From the NCBI GenBank assembly GCA_013239625.1, contig MU054220.1, positions 8,777,367 to 8,841,366 of the forward strand: 64,000 bases of DNA. The letters run 5' to 3'. Shown here piece after piece: positions 37,479-50,310 of the stretch. Each line of letters opens with the position of its first letter. Position 1 is the stretch's first letter. The position numbers were made by a program, and so were the translations under genes. A model generated the notes under the pieces. It was not told where the DNA came from and did not search any database. It saw only the letters and a list, made by a program, of their open reading frames with translations. Source of the DNA: Lama guanicoe (taxonomy: Eukaryota).

Positions 37479-39517
37479 ACCTAAAAAAAAAAAAACCAGG
37501 AATAGTTGCATTTTATTGCTTTGCAAGGAGTTGTGAAGAAAAGAGAAAACAATTATGTATAACATTTTAGTGGCCACTGAGAAATCATCCACTTTACAAA
37601 AACAGGTAGATGGGGTCATTGTAATAAATGCTGTTTAGATTACAAGTAAAAGAACAATCAGTATATCAATCTGATCAATTCTACCTCTCTTAGAACAGTA
37701 TCAATGGAGCAGTGATATCAAACAAGAAAATCAAAAGCAAACTGGAAGGTTGAAGAATAAATAGAAAGAGAATAAAGGCAGAAGGCTAATAATGATCACA
37801 GCTAATGTTTACCTAGCACTTACTGGTATTCTGGGCACAGTATTAAGTGTATATATTTTTTCCTTATTTCAGTCTTAAAAACTACATGAGGTTATGTGGT
37901 TACCAACCTACTTTATACGGAGTATGAGGAAAGCAGAGATTATGATTATGATTTGTAAGGGCCACTTTCTCTAACTTTCAAACTGAAAAGCCTGTTTGGA
38001 CTCAATATATTTTTTCAAGAGGCATCGTTTATGTAGACATGACCTAATCTGATGGATTTTGTTATATTGCCTTGAAGGTTTTCTCAAGAAAATTCTGTGG
38101 AGCATTGCATTTGTGCAACCCTGACATACAGCAGCATATATTTTTCTAATGTTTTTATAGGAACTTGAATTCATAGCTTGAACTACTTGGCAGAGAATCT
38201 AGAGAATGACATTTGAAATAAAGCAGGTAAAAAGCCAAAGGGGTAAACTGCAGGCATAAGAAGGTGTGTTAGAATCTCTGTACCAATTCTAGACATGTGG
38301 TTTCAGAAACTTTTTTTACCTTTTCCCTGAACTTTAGTTTCTCCATCTTTAAACTCAAATATTAGTAGTATTTCTGAATAAAGTTTTTGTGAGGATGAAA
38401 TGAAATGGTACACACGAAGGCTTAACAAAGTGTCTTGTCCACTGATAATTATTTTTTGAAGAATAATCATGGCAGTGATGATGAATGTCATTGTAAATGA
38501 GTGGTAAAATAGGATTAATACTCCATTTACTGTTTACTATTTAATGGTGTGTGTTTAGGCAATGTTGCCAGAAAAATAATATGAGGAGTGGATGTACATG
38601 CATTAGTTCCATATTAAAGCCTAACTTCTTAATAATAGTGAGGTAATAATGCAGACGCATGAATACAGTATTAGGACTCAAGGGTAAATTGTCAGGTTTG
38701 CTACTATCTTTGTGACCTTGAGGATGTCTTAATATTTTTATGACCAAGACTCAACTTCCTCTTCTATAGTATGAAGCAGTTAGGTAGCTCTTAGAACTCT
38801 AAGGGTTTTTTTTTTAAGAGCTAACATTCTGTGAATGTGGTCAAATTTTAATTTAGTTCTCAGAAAGAATACCAGTCATTCTCCTCTGTACCCAGCAGAG
38901 AGGAATAAACAAGAATGCATGACTTAAAGGAGCCAAGGTGCCTCCCTTTGACATTGTCAGCCCATTGGCTCTGGTTTGGTTCACATGCTGCCTGATGTAT
39001 AGCCAAGGCGATACAGGAACTCCATGAAAGAAACTGCAGATTTTCCAAGGATTGTTGCTGAGTGCCCCAGTTATTTCCAAATCTATTATAGGAAGAGAAA
39101 TAAAGCATGAAAATGGGCAACTTCTTCTCCAATAGTTCTCAAACAGAAAAACATAGAAACTTTAGAAAGGCCCCAGGCTCTTGTGTTCCACAGATTAAAT
39201 TCTGCAAATTAATGTAGTGCCAACACAATGAGGGGGTGGTGGTGGCGTGGAGGCTTAAGGGCAGTGCCAGCAGCAGTCCTGTAATCTGCTGCCAAGAGAT
39301 CTTCTGCACAAGGCGATCTTCTTCTAGCCCTGGGCACTTTCTGCACTGAAATCCTGCCTAACTGGCAGTAAGGACTTCGATGGACATGGACTAAGAGGCA
39401 AGAATTCCAGCAGTAACCCTCTGTGGTCTCGTCTGCTCTGGACAAGTTCACAGTGCTCTCATATAGGGTCCGTAGGTGGCTAGCAGGATGCTGGTGTCTT
39501 CTTGATGGGCTCAGAAC

Positions 39518-39565
39518 GGATCAAGACATCTGTGGATTAAAACATCTGTGGATCAAAACATCTGC
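39518..39565 (+). repeat. Three tandem copies of a 16-bp unit GGATYAARACATCTGY
   Basis: ggatcaagacatctgt / ggattaaaacatctgt / ggatcaaaacatctgc. Confidence 0.95.
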
Positions 39566-40219
39566 CATTATGTGTGTGTGAGTGTGTGTCTAAAACTTGT
39601 ATACTCTACACATTTCCATTTTTATGCATTTTCAGGCATATTAGTGGTGACTTATACACGCACACACACACATATATATATAAATATGTAAAGTTGGTAA
39701 GACAATGTTACTCCATTGTGAAAATTTACTAAAGCTTACCATTGAGGGTCTATCACAAATTCTAAATTCTTAGCTAAAGAAAGCAACACTGTAAAGACCA
39801 AATGGCACACGTGTGTACAGATGCTTGGAAATCACATCATGTTCAAGAGGGATGCTTTAAGATCAGTGATGTTTCATAGTCACAGGTTTTGGATGTGGTT
39901 CCCCTTCTTTTAATTGATATATTTAAAAAAAATACTATTAGGTTTGTCAGTCATTTGCTCTTTTGCCACTTGTATAGTTACCATTTTTGTTACTTTGTTC
40001 CTCCATATCCCTCTATGATTTCCCTTAAGTGGATCTAAATCTCAATTTTCAGAACCACTGTGTTAGCCGTATACTTCTGCCCCATTCCCTTCTCCAGGCT
40101 TACATGTCTTTCCGATTGTCACTGGGAGAAAAACGGAAGTCTTTCTGAAACTTCACGGGAGTCATTCTTGAAAGAACTATTGTTTGGTTGCACTGCATTA
40201 CTGAATTCTTTGGGTTGGT

Positions 40220-40470
40220 TGGTTGTTTCTGTCACCACTGCTGCATAACAAAGTACCCTAAACTTATTAGCATAAACAACAATCATTTTGCTATGCTCAG
40301 AGATGATCCTGGATCCCAGACTTCAGAAAGGATGCAGCAGGGATGCTGTCTCCCTTCAGGATTTCTGGAGCCATGGCTGAGAAAACCTGAAAGTTGAGGA
40401 TGACAACACATGGGGCCACTGAAATCATCTGAAGCCTCCTTGATTCACACCTCTATAGATTGTTCTGGGT
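40220..40470 (-). mobile_element. MLT1 LTR fragment
   Basis: 'ctgctgcataacaaagtaccctaaacttattagcataaacaacaatcattt...gaaatcatctgaagcctcc'. Confidence 0.8.
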
Positions 40471-41344
40471 GTTTTCACCTCTAGATTTCAGTTTTCTCTT
40501 CAGTGATATGGGGGTCATTTTAGTATCTAATTCATAGGTTTGTTGTAGATGTTATATTTTGTTGGTCAGTAGGTAGGTGTATTACAAAATTATTTAAACA
40601 CGTAGTCAAGAATTTATTTTATTCACTTATATAACCATTAAGTATCTTGACAGAACTAAATATTTTCAAATATTTTATGTGAAAGAATGCAGAAAAAGTT
40701 CTTATCAAAGCTTCCAATATAAAATAAAAGCACAAAAATAGATTTTGTATAAAAAAATTATTTCTCAGGCTCTATTCATTAGGGCATAATGGTTTTAAGC
40801 ACTGTCACTGAAAAGAATCTAAATTCTAATCCCAGCTCCACAACTTGTGGCCTCAGTTTCTTTATTTGTAAAATAGTAATGATGAAAAAAAATTGCCATT
40901 TCATGGGGTTATTGTGAGGTGTAAACACATCCAGGAAGTTGACAATGTATAAACCACTAGACTAGATTTGGAACCATCTCTAAATCTCTTCTTGGGTGTT
41001 CTTATAGTGCAGATCAGGGATCAGGACAAGGGATTCTGTGTGAAAAGGAGTAAATTCTGGGAACTCCAGAGAGCAAGGAAGTTTGTATCAGTACCTAGAA
41101 GATTATAAATCAGATGTTTAAAATATTCGTTTCTCTACTCTGCACATACTGCTCTTAAATTTTTCCACTGTATTATTAAGGGACTCTTTATAAAGACCTG
41201 TCTCTCTCAACTCTGCTCTTGGAAATGAAAGAGACTGAATTTCAAGTGTTTAAAGGGGAAACGCCCTCCACACGTTTTCTCTTTTACTCCATTTACACTA
41301 AGCATGTTGGGATAAGAAGAGAACCCCAGAAAGTGACAGCCCAC

Positions 41345-41368
41345 GCGGAACAGAACCGGAAGTAAACA
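41345..41368 (+). promoter_or_regulatory. Candidate overlapping ETS + forkhead motif ACCGGAAGTAAACA (41355-41368) with upstream GCGGAA
   Basis: Exact class I ETS consensus ACCGGAAGT overlapping the forkhead consensus GTAAACA, with CpGs retained. Motif match only. Confidence 0.4.
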
Positions 41369-42685
41369 GATCAACTACTAATCCCCATTTGAAAATTCAT
41401 TTTCAAGGGTTAACTTTGAGAATTCTGAATTTTTTTAAGCTAGATAAAATTTCTTTCTCCATCTGCACATTGAAGTTGCATTCCACGATCCCTATAAAAA
41501 CTCTGCTTTCCATATTGTAGTAGATTTTGGAGGTTGAGTTTAGATAGAGGCATAAAGTAATCTAATTAAACTAATTTGAAAACATAAAAATCTTAACCTT
41601 CCCAGAGACATTTAAATTTTAAATGAGGTGGTTTATTAATAGCAATGAACCTCTAGTTGATGAAATTTCAGGCTGTGTGATAAAAGAAAAATGGAGAAGC
41701 TAATATTTATTGAAAGTCCACTATGTACTTATGAATATATATATTTATATATATACATGCAAATATATATATATTTGTTGTTTGAAAGATTTTTTAAAGG
41801 CTCAGAGCAGTTAAAATATTTGTGTTAAGTCACACAGATATTATAGCAAAGAACTTAGAAAAAAACCCTCATTTGAGCAAATGATTTCTCTGGTACCATG
41901 TGCCAACAGTCATAGCACCAGCTACTGGTTCCTTATCCTGAGTCCCGGGATGAGGAACTGGAATGACGCCAAGTAAAAAGTACATCTAAACTAATTGAGA
42001 ATATATTTTAATTGACAAAGGCATAATATTGTTTTAGCAAATATAGAGATATGTAGAATTTTTAATGATAATGAGTATGCTAAATGATAGAAAATTGAAT
42101 CATTTTCATTGGTTCATAGAATAAGTTCCATGTCGTTGGTCTTCTTGTCCTGAATAGGTCTCTTCCTATTTTTTAGGGAGGGAGGGGACAATTTGCTAAC
42201 ATTCCTTCAAAGACAGTAACTAGTAGATGTATCTTCTTATCTCTGGAAACCTGTTGTCATCTCATATTCTATAATTACAGGGCAGAACATATGTGGCAAT
42301 ATTCTTTCTCAGGATTTTCAAAGATATCTTTGCATTACTGCCTTTGTTGCTATGGAAATAATTTCTTGAGTGATCAACATTGCTTTTTGTGCTTCTTGGA
42401 ATCCATGTATATTTCCCCTGACAGCCTCCTTCAGCATCAAAATGTGATTTCTGTAACCACAAAGCATTTCCACATTTCCAGTATGTAACAATCAAATACC
42501 TGAATATGCAGCTGTACATAGACACTATGGAATGTTTAGCTTCATGTCATCTGATAGACATTTATTTCTTGGTTGTCAAAAGCTTTCATTTTCATTTCAA
42601 ACATTGTGGTATTCAGTGGTAGGAGCCAAGAGAAAAATAAAGTTCTTTCCTCAAGAATGTTTCGTCATTAAGAAGAAGGTCTTTC

Positions 42686-44845
42686 TAATGATGGTCATCT
42701 GACTGGTGTGAGGTGATACCTCAATGTAGTTTTGATTTGCGTTTGTCTGATAATTAGCAATATTGAGCATTTTTTCACATGCCTATTGGCCACTGGATGG
42801 GCTTCAACAGAGAATTACTTGTTTAGGGCTTCTGCGCATTTTTGGATTGGGTTGTTTGGTTTTCTCTTATTAAGTTGTACAAGCTGCTAATATATTCTGG
42901 AAGTTAAGACCTTGTCAGTTGCATCATTTGCAAATATTTTCTCCCATTCTGTAGGATGTCTTTTTTTTTGCTTAGTTTCCTTTGCTGTGCAAAAGCTTTT
43001 AAGCTTAATCAGGTCCCATTTGTTTACTTTTGCTTTTATTTCTATTGCCTGGGTAGACTGCCAATATTCTAGGAGAATATTGCTAAAATTTATGTTAGAA
43101 AATGTTTTGCCTATGTTTTCTTCTAAGAGGTTTATAGTGTCTTGTCTTATGTTTAAGTCTTTAAGCTATTTTGAGTTTATTTTTGTGTATGGTGTGAGGG
43201 AGTGTTCTAAATTCATTGATTTACATGTCACTCTCCAGTTTTCCCAACACCACTTGTTGAAGAGACTATCTTTTCTCCATTGTATATTCTTGGCTCCTTT
43301 GTCAAAGATTAGTTGATCATAGGTGTGTGGGTTTATTTCTGGGCTCTCTATTCTGTTCCATTGATCCGTATATCTGTTTTTGTACCAATACTACACTGTT
43401 TTGATTACTGTAGCTCTGTAGTATTGTCTGAAGTCTGGGAAGGTTATTCCTCCAGCTTTGTTCTTTTTCTTCAGTACTGCTTTGGCAATTCTGGTCTTTT
43501 GTGATTCCATATAAATTTCAGGATTATTTGTTCTAGTTCTGTGAAAAATGTCCTGGGTAATTTGATAGGGATTGTATTAAATCTGCAGATTGCTTTGGTT
43601 AGTATGGCCATTTTAACAATATTAATTCTGCCAATCCAAGAGCATGGAATATCTTTCCATTTCTGTAAATCATCTTTAATTTCTTTAATCAGTGTTTTGT
43701 AATTCTCCATGTACAAGTCTTTCATCTCCTTAGTCAGGTTTATTCCTAGGTATTTTATTATTTTTTATGTGATTTGAAAAGGGATTATTTCTTTACTCTC
43801 TTTTCCTGAAATTTCATTGTCAGTGTAAAGAAATGTAAATGATTACTGTATATTAATCTTGTATCCTGCTACCTTGCTGAATTCTTTGATCAGCTCTAGT
43901 AGTTGTTATGTGGCACCTATAGGGTTTTCTATATATAGTATCATGTCATCTGCATGTGGTGACAATTTTATCTCTTCTCTTCCAATGTGGATCCCTTTTA
44001 TTCCTTCTTGTTTTCTGATTGCTGTGGCTAAAACTTCCAATACTATGTTGAAATGGTGAGAGTGGGCATCCTTGTCTTGTATCAGATTTAGTGGGGAGGC
44101 TTTCAACTTTTCACTGTTGAATATTACGTTGGCTGTGGGTTTATCATAAATAGCTTTTATTATATTGAGATATGTTCCTTCTATAACCACATTGGTAAGA
44201 GATTTTATCATAAATGGGTGTTGAATTTTGTCAAATGCTTTTTCTGCACCTATTGAGATGATCATGTGATTTTTGTCCTGTCTTTTGTTGATGTGGTGTA
44301 TCACCTTGATTGATTTGTGGATGTTGAACCATCCCTGTGTCCCTGGGATAAATCCAACTTGATCATACTGTACAGTCTTTTTTTGTTTTCTTGAAGTCTG
44401 TTTGCTAATATTTTGTTCAGGATTTTTGCATCTATGTTCATCAATGATACTGGCCTGTAATTTTCTTTTTTGATAGTGTCTTTGTCTGGTTTTGGTATCA
44501 GGGTGATGGAAGCTTCACAGAATGAGTTTGGGAATGTTCTCTCCTCTTCAACCTTTTGGAAGAGTTTGAGAATGATCAGTATGAGTTCTTTGTATGTTTG
44601 GTAGAATTCCCCAGTGAAGCCATCTGGTCCTGGACTTCTGTTTGCAGCAAGGCTTTTTACTGTTGATTCTGTTTCACTTCTAGTGATCGGTCTGTTCAAA
44701 TGATCTGTTCCTTCTTGATTCAGTTTTGGTGGACTGTATGTTTCTAGAAACTGGTCCATTTCTTCTAAGTTGCCCAATTTTGTCATATGGTTGTTTACAG
44801 TATTCTCTTATTTTTTATTTTATTTTTTTTGGCATTTCTGTGGTG
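42686..44845 (-). mobile_element. Young L1 ORF2 fragment (post-endonuclease/Z region, reverse transcriptase and downstream), frameshifted; inverted arm of a twin-primed insertion
   Basis: ORF track: [103 protein letters not shown]. These are unambiguous L1 ORF2p motifs split by frameshifts and stops. Confidence 0.98.
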
Positions 44846-44901
44846 TTGACACAACATTGTAAACTGACCGTACTTCAATTAAAAAGAAGAAGAAGGAGGA
44901 G
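44846..44901 (+). mobile_element. Sense-orientation extreme 3' end of the same L1 plus A/GAA tail
   Basis: 'tgacacaacattgtaaactgaccgtacttcaattaaaaa' closely matches the reverse complement of the L1 terminus at ~25280. TSD aagaagaag(g/t)tctttc at 42670-42685 and 44902-44917. Confidence 0.9.
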
Positions 44902-47014
44902 AAGAAGAAGTTCTTTCAGAAAACTTCTCAGACTAGGAGAAGCCAAGAAAGTCTAGTAGTATATTGAATAATTACAGGGATTTCTGTCAAAGAAGACACT
45001 GCATAATAACTATCACTTTAAAAATACCAAACTGAAACTTTTCCTTCATCTTTCAATCAAAACAATGTGAAATTTTCTTGAAAATGCTATGTTCTCTTGT
45101 TTTCAGGGTTTTTAAGAAGGGACAGAGACGTTGGTAGAGCACAAGATCCATAGGTAACATTTTCTGCTTCTGGTGTTTGGTATTTCCCTAAAAGGAACGT
45201 TCATTGACATTTACCAAATCTATGGTGATGTTCTACCTACCTCGTTCACTTTCCTATGGACTTGTTTACTTTGGGCTTACAGCTGTAAAATTACAACATT
45301 GATTTATTGATCTTCCACATCGATATGCTGAAATTCCATATGGGGCAGTTTCACTGAGAAAAATTTAGAGTATCTGAACTCAGTTTCAGCTGTGGTACTT
45401 CCCACCAATTTACAGAAAACATAGGAAAATAGACTTTGTTCCTTTGGGAGGTTTCTCTTCCTCATTTGGTGTATAGTGTTTAACATTATTTCAACGTTCA
45501 ATTGAATAATTTATTTTGCCTCTAGAATAAGTTATTTTATTGTATTTATTATTATTTCTAGTTGGGGAAAGGCCTTGGCTCTTTTATGAATCTGAGGCCA
45601 CACTGGTACATTTTCCAGGCCCCAAAGCTTAAACATAACAGCATCCACGTTTTAGCATCTGTGTTTGTCACCTGGAATCTGTGCTTACTGTGCCATCTAC
45701 CCTCAAAGAGAGTTTCTCAAACATCTGTCTCATTTTTATTGATTTTATGGAACTCAAGGGAGAAATCAACTATTGCTTTGTGTGGCCTTTACCAGAAATG
45801 GATTTATGGTATTGCTCACAGCAAAGAGACTCAGACAGCTGAATGTTCGAATTTAGTTTTATTTTTTCTGGGTTTTATAATTTTTTGTATTTCATAAGGA
45901 AGCAAGGATTGTTTTGTTTTGTTTTTTCTTTTTCAGTAGAGCTACCAGACCTGCCTGAAGACACAACAAATTCCAAAGTACAGTTATTCTCTGACTCATT
46001 GTCAATAGATTGTGGCCATTTTACCTGTTTTGACAGTGGAATGAACTCAGACAAAAAGATTTATCTCCTTGGACTAACTTGTCATATTGATTAATTTATC
46101 TGATCACTTCTATCAAAATAATCCAACCAGCCAAGTGTCATATATATAAAGGCATGGGATAATTCTAAAACTCTGACACCTGTAATAACAGTTGATTGAA
46201 TTTAAAAGCTAAACTCTATAGACACAAAAGAAAGACATCTTCTAAAGATAAGAATATTATCTAATAAATTACTTTTATTAAAGTAGGTATTTCTGGATTG
46301 TTCATTGTACAGTGACTAATAAATTACTACAAAGGTCATCACACATGATGATAGCTATCTAATCAGTAACCTGAGATGGTATTGAAATATTAAGTCAGAG
46401 AGGGGACTGGTATCTGTCTGGTGTAAGTGCCATTAATTCTGGATATTATCTTTAACTAAGAGTGCTGAAAGTCTTATAGTTTCTGGTCTTCTTGAACATT
46501 CACTGAAAACATTATAATATGATTACTAAAATCTTTAGAATATAGATGATTTAATATTTTAAATTGTCATTACTTTGAATGGTTGATTAGAAGGTAAATA
46601 TATATAATAATGAACAATACTGCACAGAAATTACACTTCTAACTTTTCATTGTATTAAATTGTATTTTTGACATAGAATGATATCAAAAAAAAAAAAGAG
46701 CAGAGCAAGGAAAAATTAAAGTTTTGGAAAGCAGTATAATTTTACCTCTAAGATTCTAAGATTATTTTTTCTATTATATGCCCTTAAATCTATTCTGACT
46801 GTGGTTTAATAAAAACTGTATATCATTTGAACTGACTTTCATTACAAGGCCATTTAAATATACAATTATATGCCAATGAAAATATCACATAATGCATGTC
46901 TATTCAACTCAAATATTTTTTTCAGCTTATTCTTTCATATTTTTATTTAATGACTTTTGTAAATACAATGTATAACAAACAAAGTGACCTAAGTAGATCA
47001 TGTTTATTGCAAGT

Positions 47015-47445
47015 GATCTGAGTGCTTGTGTCTCCCTAAAACTCATATGTTGAAGCCCTAGCTTTTAGTATGATTGCATGAGAAGATTCGGTCTCTAGGA
47101 GGTAATAAAGGTTAAATGAGGTCATAAGGGAGGGGCCCTTATCAGACAGGATTAGTGTCCTTAAAAGAAAAGGCACTAGAGAACTAGAATCCCCCCTTCC
47201 CTCTGCCTCTCTTGTCCCTGTCTCTGCCTCCCTGTCTCTCTCCAGGGTTTTATACTGTGGAGAGCCCATGTGAATACACAGCAGAAGGTGGCTGCCTACA
47301 AGCCAGGAAGAGTCCTCTAGCTGGAAACCAAAACCTGCTGGACCTTGATCTTGAAATTTCCAGCCTCCAAATCTGTGAAAAAGTAAATTGCTTATGTCAT
47401 TCAATCTGTGTTATTTTGTTATAGCAATCTGAGCAGACTAAGATG
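47015..47445 (+). mobile_element. MLT1A/B-like MaLR solo LTR
   Basis: 'gtctccctaaaactcatatgttgaagcccta...ggattagtgtccttaaaagaa...ttccagcctccaaatctgtga...ttttgttatagcaatctgagcagactaaga'. Confidence 0.92.
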
Positions 47446-50310
47446 GCATATTTACAAGTAGCATAGTTCATGACATATAGCAGGGAAATAAGAAACACTA
47501 CAAATGCTATTTTGATTAGTGAATGAAACAACAATAATTATGAATTAAATATTCAAAATGGAGAACCAGCATGTTGATATTTCTGGAACTGATGTTAAAC
47601 TTCCCTATACATCACAAAGAGTATACAATACTTGATATCTGAATTACCTTTTTCTTGACTAGTACATCCCGTAAAGAAACATTTGTATCTTTGTTTTTTC
47701 TAATATAAAAACATTGCATTATTTCTGAAATGCAGCAATCTTGCTTTGTTGTTTCAGAATAAGGAATGGCACCATCTGTTTCAAGAGATCTGTAGCTTAT
47801 TTTATTTGAATGAACAGACTGAATCAAAATTTTGTGCTGGGGGCTGGGGAAATGGATGTTACAATGGTTTCACAGTGTTGTTGTAATGAAAGTTGTAAGT
47901 CCCCATTATTATGAAATAAATGGTGCCCAAATTGTCTAAATATTTAAGATAAACGAAGAAGAGGCATTTTCTCTGGGGTTATTTCTCTATCTATGGAATT
48001 AGCTGTACAGAAACACAGTAGATTCCTAGTTACATATGGAAAGTTGATTCTTCCATCAGCAGATATAAGCACATTTTAATACTAACTCAAGTGGAAATTT
48101 CAGGAAAGTCTGTCCAGTAAAAAATAAACATCATTAAACACATTATAAAATTAAATGAAAACAGTATTTCAAATTTGTAAACTCTTCCTTCTGTCTAACT
48201 ATTGTGCAACTACTCTTGGGACCAAGACTTAAGAGTTGACTGTTTATAACTTTGTGCATACACACAAGTCTGCCTGAATATTCATGTTTAGTTTTTAGGC
48301 ACATAGACTGAATTAGATGGCTTGTCGCTGTAGTGCAAACACCAGCAGTGACAATATTGTCCTTAAATCAAGTTCTAATGGAGGGATGCTTCTTTTCTTA
48401 AAATAGGAGAAAGGTAAACTTAAAAAAGAGTGCAGAAAGAATTTAGTGGCAAGCAAGTCTTCTCTTATAATACAGGTGGAAGAAAAACAATAATAAGAAG
48501 CCTGGTAAAATATTTAGATATTCACATTTTAAATAAAAATTCATCTAGAAATTAGAAATAAAAATAAATGGAATAAAATCTACCTAAATGAATCAAGAAA
48601 TTACATTTTTGCTTAACTTACAAAGAGGAAAATGTATTTAATATATAGTTTGGTGATTTAAGAAAAGGTAGAAAAAACTGAGTAAGAAAATTTTAAAAGG
48701 ACTAAAAAGAAAATATATGTGGCTTTGTTTGCTAGAGATTCTGATGATAGTTTCCTGTGAAAGACTGATAATTAATTCATAAAGTACTGTCTAAGACCCA
48801 GAATTAATTCAGATAATGCTTGGAAAGCGATACTGAACTAATAATTATAGTATCTTTAAAATGCCTCTTACCCGGAGTTACTGGGTAATATACTGCCTCT
48901 AGTACATATTCTAGTTACATGTAATTAGAATATGTCATATATTCACATACAATTAAATATAAGCTAGATATAAACAATAAATCTCTCATATTAATAATTT
49001 TTAAAATAAGAAAGTTAAAAATATTCCTGTGCTCAATTATATGCAAAATATAACAATGACAAGTTTTATTACTGTAATTTATAAAGCAGCATTATGTTGC
49101 AAATATTACATATATCAGCTCTAATCTTTACAACAATTCCACTTGAAATTATGTAATTATCTTCATTTTAAGACAAGAATACATCTCAGAATATTTAAGA
49201 AATCTACTTAAAATTAAATGCTTCCTAAGTGGCAGACCTTCATTTTAGACTATATGTATCCAAACTCCAACTCCAACTTATTTCCTGTCCCTTTAAATAA
49301 ATTCTTTCTAAATAAATTTGACTTGTGAATTTGTAACTTCAGATACTTGTGCATAGAGAATATCACTAGTGATCATGCCCCCAGGAATGTTTCTTAAGCA
49401 CGGTATTTCAGACAAGACTACTATCTAAAGGAAATAGCTGTGAAATTGTTCCTGTTTGGAAATAATATTTGTTTTACTTTTCCTCTAGGAACTGCTTTGA
49501 AAAGCAAGAAGAGTCACATTGATGAGAGAACTGAAATTTGGCTTTCTTGTCAAGTGTGGGTGATGGTTGGAGGATGCTGGAACTTAATTTCATAAAGGTC
49601 ACAATACATGGGTAAAGAGATGGTCTTTTTTTTTTTTAATTCCTCTGGAATGAAAATAAAATGTCTATAAATAAGAACTATAATAAGGAGCTATTATTTG
49701 AGAAAATAACGTTGCTATACAGAAATCTATTTCTTATTTTCTATGCTCTCATGTAAGTATGTGGGTACACACACACACATACACACATAGACAGGCACAC
49801 ACCCCCAAACTGCATGTCTTTTGATATCTCCAATTCTTTTTTTCCCATTTGCATTTTTGTAGAGATATATGAATCTCTCATCTGCCTTCATATAGAGTTC
49901 TTTGGCATATATGTTAATTTATTCTGTTTCTGTCTCCAGAATTCTCGTTCCCTACTTTAACTCTCATAGTATTAAAAAAACACATTTTAGAGATTATATA
50001 CTTTCTGTGTATAAATAATCATTCCATTTGCTTTTCTTTAATTTAGAAGAGGAGAAATGGATTGCTTGTAAGCTATGTTATATACTTGTGCAGCTTTCCA
50101 TTGATTTATTTATTGATCTGTGGATCAATGGGTCCTTAATAGGAAACGGTCCCCTGCGGAGTAACACAGATTGTGCTTTTATAACATCAAGTTGACAGAT
50201 CAATTCTGATAATCAATTTTTTAAAACAACTATTTCAGTGGCAAAAGATAATCATTGTCATCATCAAACTGGTTGGGTAATATTGTAGAAATACTGTCAC
50301 CTAATTACAT

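Noticed and set aside
39209..39520. GC-richer segment as a processed pseudogene or exon
   Set aside because: No recognisable translation in the frames I examined, and no poly(A) tail or TSD.
39518..39565. CRISPR-like array
   Set aside because: Contiguous units with no spacers, a eukaryotic context and no cas genes.
42912..43504. Hydrophobic plus-strand ORFs (134 aa and 63 aa) resembling membrane proteins
   Set aside because: They are antisense readings of L1 ORF2.
43471..44786. Reverse transcriptase as part of a novel retron/DGR-like system or a domesticated gene
   Set aside because: The motifs are standard mammalian L1 ORF2p, broken by frameshifts and bounded by an L1 TSD.
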